DNA from: Phoronis australis
Lineage: Eukaryota > Animalia > Phoronida
Assembly (NCBI GenBank): GCA_002633005.1
Contig: NMRA01000019.1
Location: 272,380-336,379, forward strand
Direction of reading: 5' to 3'
DNA length: 64,000 bases
Translations under genes and position numbers: made by a program
The notes under the pieces: model-generated
Seen by the model: the letters and a program-made list of their open reading frames with translations, nothing else
Database searches by the model: none
Told to the model about the DNA's origin: nothing
Part shown: piece after piece, positions 39,086-51,984 of the stretch
Position numbering within the stretch: position 1 is the stretch's first letter
Layout: each line of letters starts with the position of its first letter

Positions 39086-40427
39086 GATGTAATGCAAAAT
39101 CGACTTCTGGGGCTGTGCTCGTATTAAGACAAGAAAGTAACTGTTGGAGTTCTGATTTCGGAATTGTGGACATTCGAAGTAGTGAACTTTGGTAGGTAGA
39201 GAACCTTCAGAGCAGTGAACCATCGGAGTAGTGGACCTTTAATGGAGTAGCGAACCTTCGGAATAGTGATATGAAACCTTGGAAACCATTTCCGTCAAGT
39301 TAACTGCTCGTATAATGTGTGTGAGGTTGTGCACCATTGACACTATTGAAAGAGAAGTCTATCTTCCTTGAGCAAAATTTTTATTTGGTACAGACCTACT
39401 TTTCCTCAAAATTATGAACAGCCATGCTCGTTGGGGTTTTTCTCAGTGCAAGAAAACACATTTGTGGTTTTTGAACAACGATTGAACTAATACCAACGGC
39501 GTGTACACGCATGCATGTCAATCCACCAATCCACAATCGAATTGGACACTGGATGAATTAGAACAACATACATGCATTTCTCTTGACGAACACTTTTAAT
39601 TCCAAAAATATTGAAAATGCCTTCACTTTACAATACTATGCTAGCATGTAATATCAGATAACAAACCTATTTTCAGCAGTTTCGTTTCTTGGTCGATTTT
39701 AAAGCATTCACACCGAGCTACTTTTTGAGATCTCTTTCGCTGCTATACATGTATAGGTATTTACTTCTAGACTCCCTTGTTTCCCTACGGTGGAGCCACC
39801 ACGCGTGTTTAATGCCGATGAATAATATAAAACCTCCTCTAATCGTTTGCACGATGCTGTCATGTACGCAAACACCTGACTCCTGCGAAGATGGCCGGGT
39901 ACGGCGCCTGTCCTATGATTACGTAAAGAGCTTCTAATCAGAAGCAAATTGCTAACTTAGTTATCATTGTAGTTATAGTAGTACCAGTAGCTGCGCGTGA
40001 TCATTCATCACAAGCTAAACAGAACTGAATGAGGCCCTACTGGAGTCGAGTTTGAAACCCCCGACCAATGGCATCTCTGTGGAAAATGCCGGATGGTAAC
40101 TATTATATCCATCCCATTTCTGTAGTGGGTATTTTTCGCTCCACTATTTGGCGCGTGCGTTTAATTGCGAGTTATGCGTTTTACTGCGTACGAAAACCCG
40201 CTTCTTACCATCTGTCACCGTCAGGTGGTTTGATTGACGATGCACGCCGGGCCCGTCAGTTAACTTGACGAAAAAACTTCACGTCATCAACGTATGCATA
40301 GACATGCTTATTTGAACGGGGGACTGAAAACATCGGTTGGCACCCGGTCAGTTTCGCCCCACCCCTTCCGTCATTCCCACGCACCTCGGGTATCGCCGTC
40401 CGGCCCAGGTAATGTGTTGCACCCCCC

Positions 40428-40481
40428 NNNNNNNNNNNNNNNNNNNNNNNNNNNNNNNNNNNNNNNNNNNNNNNNNNNNNN
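40428..40481. other. Assembly gap within a poly-C tract
   Basis: Run of n. Confidence 1.
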
Positions 40482-42199
40482 CCCCCCCCCCCCCCCCCCG
40501 GCCTCCGCCTGCTGTGTGCTTTGAGGCGTCATCTGGCTTCACGGTCGATCTCCCACAGTGAAGAAATTCATTGTACGGTGCAATTATGCGATTTCGGAAT
40601 TCATCGATCGTTTTAGCCACCCCCACCACTCCGGCCCCCACCCGACCGATGCCCATCCGTGCCCGTATCAAGGACCAGTGTTACTGTACGGAGGTCCATC
40701 CTAGTTGTTCGAGCCGCACGTACGTACCCGGGGACGGATTCCGGTTCATTCTACCGTTTAGTAAAGTGACTGTATAAAAGTACCAAGAGTGGCTATTTAC
40801 TGATAAAATGCCACCTTTATGTCTCCGACACTTCGGTGTAACAGCGATGAAAAAGGTCGTCATCGGGTTCACTTGGATCACACACCATAACATGAAGAAA
40901 TGGCGAAAGACCGGAACCATGATTTATGACGTTACAATATTTACTTACATCAGTGGCATAGCGGTAAGCTTAAAAAGCCCGGATTTGCTGTAGAAGATGC
41001 CAGAGAAACGGTCTTTTGTAGGGGTAAAACATGTCATATTCAAAGCAGCCCAGTGCAACTATGCGATCTTCGGGGACCAGTTTGGTGCTTGAAGATTAAA
41101 TCACAACTTCAACATTTTTTTTTTCTAAATCACATTTGAAAACACGTGAATATGCTTCATAACAGTTGTTCCTTCCTGGTAATGTATTCCTGCCGGGTAG
41201 GGTGAACTCAGCGGATTTTTATAAAATGCAGATTTCTCTGAAAAGAAACGGCGGAACCAGGACTTGGTAATACATTTATACATGTACAACCAATACCCAA
41301 GTACTGTGAATACCACGGTGTTGTTTAGACGCACTAACTTTCACATTATTCTTGAAGATAGCTTTATCTCTCGGATTTCGGCAGATGTGGGAGAGATTGT
41401 TGATAGCAATACCCTGCGACTGTAATAGTATTAAGGCATTATTGAAAAAATGTAAAGACTAATTGTGTTTTCTTTGTATTCAATGCTAACTGGCAGGGTA
41501 ACTACTGTTCCTGGGATGAACTACATAAGCACGTGACAGACCTTGAAAAGTGTCGAATTTTTCACCGACTACATCGACGTCTAATAATGCGCTAGGCAAC
41601 TGAGCGTAGGCGGCCAGCAAGAAACTTGAGTTTGTGACAATGCTACATATGCAATTGCAAATTTTTGGCAATCTAGTCGACCCTCTTTTGAAAGCTCAAA
41701 TATTGGTCTGTATAGGGAAATGCACATAAATTTTAAATATTCATGATGCCCAATGTAAGACGAAGCCGTGGACTTGTGCCCCTTCAATGGCCGCATTTTG
41801 CCGGAAAGGCATGTAATTTCCGCATCCTCGCGAAACTCTCGTTTTTCACTCATGCGATTTTGTGGCCCTTGTGAGACTGGATCTCACGTTTTTCCAGTTG
41901 CAAGTTTTTAGTAGGTCTAGGGAACGCTTTCCAGGTGTGGGCCGTTCTGTTGACGCAAGATTCCATCCGAGCAATGGCGGCCAAGTAATTGTCTTCTTTC
42001 CCAACTTTGCAAAATATTACCGTAAACCCTACCAAATGCGACCAACCAGCAGAGCTTGTTAAAAAGTTTGACAGAATTTGGTAGAGTGGGCTAAGTTGAA
42101 ACCTGCCCCACGTCCCGGCGTTGATGGAAACTTAAAAAGGCGGGTCAAATGTCAACTGTTATCGCTAAGGGATTGTATCCCTTATTAACTTGTTTTTCC

Positions 42200-42438
42200 T
42201 CGTCATCCAATAAGCGAGAGAAAACGCCGCTTTTAGTCACACGGGCGGCTGCGTGTGTGCGTTACATAGAAGCTTCTTTTGTGTGAATGTCGACAGACTA
42301 ATTGATTGTATATTGTACAGCATTTATTTGACCTGGGTCCAGGTAAAGAGGTCTCACCGGTTGATCGTTCAGACTGCGTTGTAGTGATCAAATTCGAGGG
42401 AAAAGAGAACATTTTTACCCAGATATTAACTTTTGTAG
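42200..42438 (+). promoter_or_regulatory. Putative promoter, 5'UTR exon and small intron (42343-42438) of the channel gene
   Basis: CCAAT at ~42207, Inr-like TTAGTC at ~42233, donor AG|GTAAAG, acceptor TTTTGTAG upstream of ATG 42495. Confidence 0.3.
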
Positions 42439-42494
42439 AAAGAGAGACCAGTACCTGTGAGTCAACTTTTACTATTACTGAGTGTCACGCCATT

Positions 42495-42698
42495 ATGGAG
42501 GATTCATCTGCGTCTACACAATTAGAGGGAGCAGGTGACGAGGTCACCATGATAGACCTGATGTTAAAACTGGAGAAAACGACAGACCTCCTTGCGAAGT
42601 GTCTTCTAAGTCAGACTTCCCCCACCGACTCGGGGATTCCAGACGGTGATGATGTTTCCTTGAGCGACGTGGTTTTGTCGGCGCGAAAGGCTCGCCAG
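42495..42698 (+). CDS. Probable first coding exon of the pLGIC (MEDSSASTQLEG...LMLKLEKTTDLLAKCLL...RKARQ)
   Basis: Good-context ATG, protein-like composition, CAG|GTTGGT donor in phase 0. The phase chain through 49817 and 50876 to 51856 is consistent. Confidence 0.55.
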
Positions 42699-43099
42699 GT
42701 TGGTTAAACTTAACACACGCACATTGTTTACTGTCAGTGATTTCTCGCACAAAGTACCAATAACACACAAAGCAAACGTGCAGTCTAATGTTTATTTCCG
42801 AAATTTGAAGTTCCCGAATAGCTTTGAATTTTGTCCGTCCAGGCATTGGTAGTTGATTGAGATTGCCCTTCGACGTGCCACATGCCCGCCGTCGAACTGT
42901 GACAATCGGAACATTAACCTTGTTGTACATGAAAATGACTTGTGCGGTTATCTGATAAGAACATATTTTTGAACGAACATCAGGTAGGTGTTACCCTTTT
43001 GATGAGCATGCCTATGCTCTAAAAATCAAGTCGTATTTCTATTAGTCTCCAAAAAGCTCGCATGTCGCGTCATTCGCTAAATATAATTGTATCTCAATA

Positions 43100-43800
43100 T
43101 CTGAACTTTTGCCGCAGTTCTGGGGATAAAAAGTTGAGATGTGTTGCAAGTCCAGTGCTGTGAATGATCCGGCAACACACACATTCGTGCATTTTCTCAT
43201 TGCGTATTTTCAACACAGATTTCTTCACAATTTCAGTCATCGGCATTATTGTTTCCATCTCAGCAACGACTAAATTTAAAGCCGTTGTTCTTTTTGGACA
43301 TATACCATGTGACGTCTGCATACCTGGGTTTCAAATTAATTCATATACTACGCAGAGACAAGAGGACATTGTTCACTCTATACCGTCGGAATTTTTGTAA
43401 GCCGCCCACGAAATGATTATGTGCGAGGTGGTCCAAAGGCATCCCGCTCAGTGATTTTGTACTTTTAATTTCCTGATATCTCCAGGTTGTTGGGATATTC
43501 TTTTAGTGACATCAATATGGACTGATTGATTACTCCAAGTCCAGTTTTCCACAAAACCGATACGTTTTTGAAAACGCAGACGAGATTTTGGCGGAACAGT
43601 ACACCGTTCTATTAGGTACATTTTTGTTCCGGCCAAAATAATATCTTCGTTTTTTCAGAAGCGCGATTTTGTAAATAACTGGATCACAACTCCTTGTTAT
43701 TCATTGCTGCCTAATGTACGGTCCAAATTCATCCATAATGCCGTCTATCAGTATCTCAAAATTGTCATCCCATTTGAAGAGAACGAGAAAATGTTGCACT
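43100..43800 (-). mobile_element. Possible degenerate DNA-transposase remnant (Academ-like)
   Basis: Stop-interrupted minus frame with ISWAAY...VYEL..NPGM..HG...TTALN, reminiscent of the SWAAYHA...PLFxE...M..H.M...LNP motif of Academ transposases. Recall only. Confidence 0.3.
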
Positions 43801-44304
43801 TTTTTATCACCCTGTGCGTGTGGTGAACAATCAATAACTTGCCGTGCTGCTGACCGTAGATCATGACCCGTTGCATATGAAATAAGCAGGGCATGAACTC
43901 AATACGTTTTAATAGGGTTAGTAACCCGCACCTTCTGTCACAAACCGTTGTCTTTTGATTTTGGCCACCTACCGTTCGGCCTCAACGTGTACCTTATTCA
44001 GATTAAAAAATGATTTCTAGGTTTGTGAAGAACTTGCAGTTCACTATTTTGCTTCTTACCTGGCCCATCAAATTGCTTGTCACGGCGGGTTTGTTTAGAT
44101 TTACAGTCGCCAAGGGAGTGTCGCTGATTCGCTAGAGAATATTCCTGGCAATTTGCTACATTGAATCTCAATTCAAACAAAGGAAAAGGACGTGAACAAC
44201 TTAGTAATTAATCTCTGAAGAAAGTTTTCAGTACCAAAAGACGGTTTGTACCCCTTCATTAAAGCTAAGTTTAGTACATCACGACAATACGATTTTATTC
44301 AGTC

Positions 44305-44359
44305 TTCGCTGGTTCCCTGCTTGGGGATACCCCTAGCGGACACGCTGGGAACCAGCGAG
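44305..44359. mobile_element. 55-bp deletion derivative of the 37533 element
   Basis: Same TIRs (TCGCTGGTTCCC...GGGAACCAGCGAG), flanked by TTATTCAGTC/TTATTCCGTC. Confidence 0.7.
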
Positions 44360-45089
44360 TTATTCCGTCCAGCATTGGTTTGTTAACGAGACACATTGTT
44401 CGTTGCTAGAATAAGCAACTTTTTAACGTTCTAATGTTGCCATTGGGAAAAAGTGACGCCCGTAAGGTGCGGACGAAAGACACGTGGCAATTCACGCTTG
44501 CACATGTAGGTCGTAATCCTCGCTCGTTGTTTACGTTGAGTCCTAAATTACACCAATGATTAATACTATTTCACCGAGAAGCAGGAAATGAGCTTCACCA
44601 AAAAATCTTGGAGAGCACCCTCACCGATACGCACGTCGTTTGTTTGCGTACCCTTCGGGTACTCAAGTACACCGCCCTCTCTAAAATAACCAAACCCTCT
44701 AGTAATTAAAGTTTGTAGTGTCCTGCCTATGGCGTAAGCTGCTCGCGGGATCTCCAAATTATTGACAATTTATATCGGTCATCGAACAAATCACGGACTG
44801 TCGTGAATGTTTAACAAAGTAATCTTGCATTTATTGTCCAATAGCTGTCTGTATTAAATAAATGATGTTATCCCGTAATGTTATCATGCAGTAAAATACA
44901 ACACACCGTGCTGAATGAACGACTGCATGGTAAGAATTGAGAGTCGCTCGTTTTGCTAAAAATTTGATATATATTTGAAAGTGCAGTAATGCGCAATACA
45001 GAAAACCTGAAAAACGCCAGCACACAAAGTTAATTTGCCATTACAATCGACTTCACTTTCCCATTTCTGGAAAGCACAACTCAGGCAGA

Positions 45090-45530
45090 AAAATGGCTGC
45101 TTTATCACCTACTCAGGTTGAGCCCAAACATAGCCAAATCCATATTTACATAACAAATGTCTTATATGAGTCGCTCAAGTTGTTCTTTCATGTTCGTCGT
45201 ATACTCTCAACAGTTCGTACGATCTTTTGAAAGCCTATCACTGACAATTTTTCATACTCTCAACCAATTCTTTATACCTCTTAGTAAAGTAATTAACATA
45301 CAATGGGAATCTTCCCAATTCTCCAAGAACTCCACAGTTGGAAGTGTTATTACTGGCTCTTAACATGTGTTTACGAAAGGTTACCAGCACATTCTCAATG
45401 GCTTTGTGGGGCTGACAGCCCACACTTCTCAGCCGTAATACAGTATGGGTGCTATTGTTTTATCAAATGTTTGCAAGGCAGCTTTGCAATTAAGCCATTG
45501 ATGAATAAAACATAAGCCTTCCTAGCATGT
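45090..45530 (-). mobile_element. LINE (L2/CR1-group) ORF2 fragment, region C-terminal to RT
   Basis: FDKTIAPILYYG..EVWGCQPHKAIENVLVTFRKHML...NCGVLGELGRFPL...LLCKYGFGYVW, with frameshifts. Confidence 0.8.
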
Positions 45531-47724
45531 ACGTGCAGCTAGTTCGTCGGAATTTTTACCCCAGCATGCTCGGGAGGAGAAAATACAACGACCCAAGTAC
45601 TTAAAATACGACACCGTGTTCATTGGTTGTGACCACTTCTCAATGTTTAGATTACTAACATAGCAACGTAGAAGGCTCACGGTTGACGATTGGTCATGGA
45701 CACAGACTTGTACCCTCCTCCATCATAATGAATTTCTCGTTAATGGCCACACATTTATTATCTCACTGACCGCATGTACTGCGCTGGTTGTTACTTAGTA
45801 CGTAAATGAACAGCGCTGACAAAGATATAGTTACTATATAGTATCTTAATTGGCGCTGAAGTGACATCGATCAGGCAAGTCAGCTCACGTGACTTGTTGA
45901 TGAAGTCAAAACAGGAGCTTGATTGGACTTGCACGAAGCTAGCTTAATAATCACATCTCAAAGTATCTCAGCACCTCTCTGATTCTGTCGTATCTACCCA
46001 CAATGATGGTGTACATTGCTGCCGTGCTAACCATTTGTATTGCCGGAAAATAATTTTGGACAATTGTTATTCTAAATAATATTTTCAAAGTGAGTTGCGG
46101 TATTGACACAAAAGAAGTTGACAATTGAATGGGTGCCGCGATACATATTTGCTTGTCCTAATCTTTTCGCAAATAGGTCAGTCGTTCAATGTGTATTTTC
46201 TAATCTATGTTTGACAACTACGTTAACGTTACAAAGCGTGCATTAGTGTTACGCAAAACGTGGCTTGTTTTCACCAGGTGACATAGTATGTCCAATTCGC
46301 TATACATGGAGCTATCGCGATATGCTCCACGCCAGTCGGTAGAATCTCAGGTTCCGCCAACCCCATTCACCACTTATCCCACGTCAGGTCCCCGCTCTTT
46401 CCACGATGGCCGTCAATTTCTACATCACCAGCCTTAATAGCGGGGCTTCCGTCAGCACTGCTGTAAATATAATGTATTCATATCGTATTCGTTTAATTTC
46501 AGAGTTTCTTTGAATCGACTGGTCATCCTGTAAGTTTAACAATGGGAAGTAAATTCCTTTGCCGATGTGCACAGTTGCGGCGTGACCTGCCCGGTGCATG
46601 TAAAGTTTCACGCTTATCGCATTGCTGTGTTACAAAGGAACTGGCATGGGTTGCTATGAGTTTTTGTGTCACTACCCTGTGGATTTTCAAAACCGTAACT
46701 ATCGTATCTTAGGCAGCAGAAAAAAAATAAACAGCTTAATGACGTTTATTGATTCTGTTGTATCTGCTTTCACAACTTTGCTCAAAGACATTTCTCTTGA
46801 TTTTTGTTTGTTATATTATTGTAACTGGAACCAGGTGCCCAGTGAGGTGCATGCCATGAAGATTTCAAAAATGTAGGCTTAATATGTATCCCGGCTTTAG
46901 GCGCATGTGGGGACCCCCTGTTTTGGTTCGAGCACATTGCCACTATCGATAGGAAATGTATCGAAAGATTTTGCAAATCTATCGACAAAGACAGTATATC
47001 TATAGACAAGTGTTTCCATCAATGGAAATAAATCTATCGATGGGACTACCACCTCTATCGATTGAGGTATATCTCGAGAATATAGTCACAGCCATCACAA
47101 ACTCAGCCTCATCTCAGTGATTCAGTACCAGGCAAAAATCAGAAGTGAATTTCCACAGGGTGGTGACGGTATGACAAGGTTTAATAAAATTTGCTTCATC
47201 TGGTAATGGGGTACACGGCGATCCCTTTATCAAAGGTCGCAAGTGAGCACGTTATTGATAAGATTACAATGCGTGTTTTTTTTTAGATGGGCGAAAATGT
47301 AGAGCCTGACGGAAAGATGATAACTACATGTAGGTATTGTCACACGTCTTCACCGGCGAGTCGGGTTAATGAACTTCGTGCAAATTAAATGCGAAGTTAC
47401 GACCGCATTTACGACCTTCGATAAAAGGAGTCCCTGGGCAGTAGGTGCTGGCACCCGGCATCAATTAAAAGCAGTATGCGGGCTACTGAGTGAATGTTGT
47501 ACTGGTGTTAGGAGAGTACATGGCGTTTGCTTTTCGCAGAAAGCTGAGGTTTAAATTGAGTTTCAGTGTCCTCAACACCAGATCGTAAGAGGACCAGTCT
47601 GACATAACTATTCGCATACGAACCTGAGTTTTTATTTCAAGAGCGCTACAGGTGATATACCTAAACATACGTATAATCTCTAAGGATGATGTAAACAGTG
47701 TGGGAGCAACAAAAGACAATGTAT

Positions 47725-48926
47725 CAGTGGCGGATCTAGGATATCACAAAGGGGGGGCCAACATTTTGTCCGACTGTAAGCATTTGCGCAAACTGAACCA
47801 CGATTGTAGATGCGCATAGCATCGAATGGGGGGAGGTCGGGAGGGGGGTTTGCCCCCCTCTCGCCCAGGAAATTTTTCTGTTTTTACCTCTAAAAATCAA
47901 GCATTTTCCTTGATTCCTGAAGTATTATCCAAGAAAAAAGGCAAAGAAAAAAAAAAAACACGGAGAACGTGTCAAACAGGTAAAACTGCAAGTACCAAAG
48001 ACTCGAACTCACGACCTGGCTGATAGTGCGCGCGTGCGATACCACTCCACCACCACGATTTAACTACTAATCTCATACTAAGAGACCTATTTGTTTATAG
48101 TCCACAGCGTTTGCGCGCGAAACCTACTTCTTTTTCTAATGCTTATTACAGGTTTTATATTTTGTGCCATCAATTCTTAACAAATTTGTCGTATTTAAAA
48201 TGCCCAAAAGACCAAATCCGTTTTTCGTGTTAGCAATAATGACGGGATTGCTTTGGAAATCGTCTTAAGATAAGGTTTGACAAAGAGAGTATTGCGAGTT
48301 TCTGAGTGATTCACATCTTACCAGCAGCTTCTGTTTTTTCATCGTCACTCAGGTTCAATTTTCTTTAAAAAATGAAGTAAATTTTCTTCATTGCACAGTG
48401 GAGCAGACGACGGAAACGGAGTCGTAGTGCGCAGCGCCNNNNNNNNNNNNNNNNNNNNNNNNNNNNNNNNNNNNNNNNNNNNNNNNNNNNNNNNNNNNNN
48501 NNNNNNNNNNNNNNNNNNNNNNNNNNNNNNNNNNNNNNNNNNNNNNNNNNNNNNNNNNNNNNNNNNNNNNNNNNNNNNNNNNNNNNNNNNNNNNNNNNNN
48601 NNNNNNNNNNNNNNNNNNNNNNNNNNNNNNNNNNNNNNNNNNNNNNNNNNNNNNNNNNNNNNNNNNNNNNNNNNNNNNNNNNNNNNNNNNNNNNNNNNNN
48701 NNNNNNNNNNNNNNNNNNNNNNNNNNNNNNNNNNNNNNNNNNNNNNNNNNNNNNNNNNNNNNNNNNNNNNNNNNNNNNNNNNNNNNNNNNNNNNNNNNNN
48801 NNNNNNNNNNNNNNNNNNNNNNNNNNNNNNNNNNNNNNNNNNNNNNNNNNNNNNNNNNNNNNNNNNNNNNNNNNNNNNNNNNNNNNNGGGGGGGGGGGGC
48901 CTGCGCCCCCCTAAATCCGCCTATGT
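47725..48926 (+). mobile_element. Non-autonomous DNA transposon family, copy 2 (spans gap)
   Basis: Left end CAGTGGCGGATCTAGG, right end CCCCTAAATCCGCCTATG after the gap; colinear with the 32580 copy. Confidence 0.8.
48439..48887. other. Assembly gap (N run)
   Basis: Run of n. Confidence 1.
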
Positions 48927-48996
48927 GTATAGCGCTCCAGATGATTTCTCAACCTACGGCCAAAGCTTATCTGGATCTTTTTAGAACATTCTTACG

Positions 48997-49075
48997 GCAC
49001 ACGCGCACGCACACGCCCGCACGCATAAACACACACGCACACCACACACACACACGCGCGCGCGCACACACGCAT
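48997..49075. repeat. Imperfect (CA)n/(CG)n microsatellite
   Basis: cacacgcgcacgc...cacacacacgcgcgcgcgcacacacgca. Confidence 0.85.
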
Positions 49076-49816
49076 ATATGAGCGGTATGTTCAAAAACGC
49101 GTAATAAGCTGCCGTACATCTTCCCTCTGGCAGTGGATACTGGTGAGCGGCGGACTGGCCATCCGGGCATTTCATCAATGGTCAGTGATCCTTCTTCCTC
49201 ACGGGTTCCTCTCCTTTAAATGTGGGTAGTGGAGATCAGATCAGCGATTTACTGAGAACGAATAGGGAAAAGTCCTTGCACGATATAAAAGCATGTGCAG
49301 ACATGGCGATTAGTTGAAACATGGCCGCAAATAAACACGTCCACGTCCAACAGAATGTGAAGTGAATTCACGTTCCTAACCTTTGTGTCGCGAATTTCTT
49401 TTCTCTACTGCTATCTCATATATCCAATACGATGAGGGTATACGACAGCCAAATAGTGAAACTGCGCCAGAATTTATTCTTTACGTGTGCAATCTTTACA
49501 AATAAACATGTTCATATGATTCGCATGGTGTACATGTATTTCATTCAAGTCTGATGAGAATTTCCCCGTTTTTTCTTACAGGCATTCATGTTACTGATGT
49601 TCTTATATTTTCGCAGTGACAGGCGTGTGAACGCAATTATTTCTCAAACTGATTTATAGTGTGAAATTTTCCCTTTTTGCCGGTCCCCACAGTTTGCTGG
49701 AGGGTCGCACGTACAGTGAGCACTCGGGTCCATGCTTTTCTCAACACATTTTGAACTTAGGGCGCAGTACAGGTGTACTGTCCTCCTACCATTGTGTGTG
49801 TCGCACTTGCTTGTAG

Positions 49817-49925
49817 AATCCAACTACGATTCCGAAAACTCCAATTCGGGACCCGAATTCACCAAACCCGCAGCACAAATCCACAGATTTGCATCCCAGA
49901 ACTCCAAAAACGCACCGCGGAAAAG
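49817..49925 (+). CDS. Candidate N-terminal exon of pLGIC (NPTTIPKTPIRDPNSPNPQHK...THRGK)
   Basis: TTGTAG acceptor and weak GTACCA donor. All three frames are open; the frame was chosen by phase consistency. Confidence 0.4.
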
Positions 49926-50875
49926 GTACCATGAATGATGAAGACTACTAGATTCCACGGCAGTACCTCTAATTAGCGGCTGGAATATAAAAGCATGACT
50001 TTGGAATTTGATCCCCGGAACTTGATCATCGTGTATGGAGCACTTCCGGTGCCTGTGTCGAGTTTAGGGATAAAAATTTGGGGTTTCTGCTGGTCCTGGA
50101 CTGGAGTTCAGGGTGGTCGTAAGTGGTACTTAAAGGCACTTACACAAACGGTGTTTGCAGTCCTCGGTAACATGATTCTTAGTAATTAGCTGAACACTGC
50201 CCTATGAAAAACTAGAACGAAGTACATAAATTGTGGAAGCCTTTAAATTAATTGCAATTGTGTGATTTACATGAAGTGCCCCCCGTAAGACAGTAACATG
50301 AGACAGTCACTGATAGAAACAGAATTTTGGATAATGGTGGCCATTAGTTAGATAAATTATGCAACATCTATCATGCAACAGCTTGCTTACTATAATTTAA
50401 CTGTGGGTATTTGAATAATGGAAGCATTAATTTACAAAAAAAAATCAAATTCACGATTTATCCACCTGTGAACCAGCTCCATTGAATCCACTACCTTGGA
50501 AACAGATAGTCTACCTGGGGTACTTGGTAAGGAAGTTGTAAGCAAAAACATAATTTTGCATAATGGCAACCTTAATTTGTATATTAAAAATAATACTCAA
50601 AGTTGTCATGATTACAACCCAGCTAAAATACTTCAGGGTGGGGGGCACCTCAACATAAAACGATCAAAAAAAACGTATGCTACCAAGAATTTCTAGGTCC
50701 CCTATGGGGACACTCTGGGTGGCTATAAGACTATAATTATATAGCGCGTTCTTTCAAACGGTTGAATAAATATCCACTGTGTATCCGGAAAGTGATTATG
50801 CCTTTGGTTTTAGTGACGCTTATTCCTGTTGTGCACGGGCCCTCTTTCGGTGAACTGGCGTAAACCGAATTTCAG

Positions 50876-50913
50876 TGTCCCATCGCGAATGGTGTCCAGC
50901 TTGCATGCACAAA
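50876..50913 (+). CDS. Candidate mini-exon of pLGIC (VSHREWCPACMHK)
   Basis: TTTCAG/GTAAAC, phase 1-0; restores the frame between the 49817 exon and the 51856 exon. Confidence 0.3.
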
Positions 50914-51855
50914 GTAAACCTGTTTCAATGGGACATCCGTGTATTCACTATACCTGTCTCCTATAACCGCTGGGAGGTTTATCGTTTGGAGGAGCCGCAT
51001 AATTTGTAGGCGACATCCGTGGCACGTGATGGATACCAAAAATGGTCGCCGATACTTGGGTTGAGACGTTGAACTGTATGCTGACACGGAGTTTATCCAG
51101 ATTTTCAACCAACTTAAAAGGGAGTATGTGATCTACAGATGAACACATGCTACTTTGCGTCTTTGTGATTATGCACTGTACTCTTATACAAAAGTTTCTA
51201 TGTTACTGCAGCCTCTCTAAATTAACCCCACTCTCCAGTTTCTTAACATTGGAATCATGCGCTAGTAGTGTAATTTGTAATGACTCTGTTGTACTGATAT
51301 GTAGAACTCGGCCCTTGAAATGTCAAAATTTGGCCAACTGTCGGACCATAATGTCTCAAAAATAGATTATCGCATTCACAGGAAACTTTCATATATTATG
51401 CTTTGCGCACTGTTCCAAAACACTTTTGAATGAGGGAATCAGAAATTGGAGTTCGTTGAATTTCACTAAAAGACATATGATCACGTGACACCCACTTTAT
51501 AACAAATTGAAAAAAATCTAAAATTATATTCTGCAAGCGTTGTACTTTCAGAAAATATGTGCTTTCACTCGATTGAAATCTGTAGTGTTGTAGCTTAATA
51601 CACAGACGTGTCGGTAACATTCTATGTGTACAATGTGTTACTTTACATTTCCAGGAACGCGTCGATAAACGGCTTATACCTGGCAATTTCTTCCTGCTAA
51701 TATGTATTGCAGCTGTTGCACATCAGTGTTGAAGGTTGTTTAAAAAAAGCGATTAATCGAGAATAGAGTAAAATTTTAGATTAATTCTCGGAGGTGACCG
51801 TATTTTTATCGCATGTACATGTACAATGGTTTAGTATAACGCTGTTGCATTTCAG

Positions 51856-51984
51856 ACGAAGGTGTCGCTACGTGTGGAATTCTTAAAAATTGGCGATGTC
51901 GACACCAAGAAAAACGAGTTTACCGGCGACGTGTTGTTGGAAGCAAGCTGGCAAGAGCCGGGGCTGAGGGGAAAATCGGACGAG
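51856..51984 (+). CDS. Cys-less pentameric ligand-gated ion channel, exon beta1-beta2 (TKVSLRVEFLKIGDVDTKKNEFTGDVLLEASWQEPGL)
   Basis: TTTCAG/GTATTG, phase 0-0; classic V.h.h.h..I..hD...F...h.L...W.(D/E)P.L pattern. Not in the ORF track. Confidence 0.92.

Larger units (their letters stand above)
35670..39995. repeat. Second inverted repeat pair B/B' (35670-36810 vs ~39110-39995)
   Basis: Reverse-complement similarity. The two MVDFK...LLLDSLVSLR...KPPLIVCT ORFs (35704-35976 minus, 39689-39937 plus) are its by-product. Confidence 0.85.

Noticed and set aside
35704-39937. Paralogous small genes MVDFK...
   Set aside because: By-product of the B/B' inverted repeat; similarity extends equally through non-coding flanks with frameshifting indels.
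48391-48984. 197-aa ORF
   Set aside because: Artefact of translating through the N gap.
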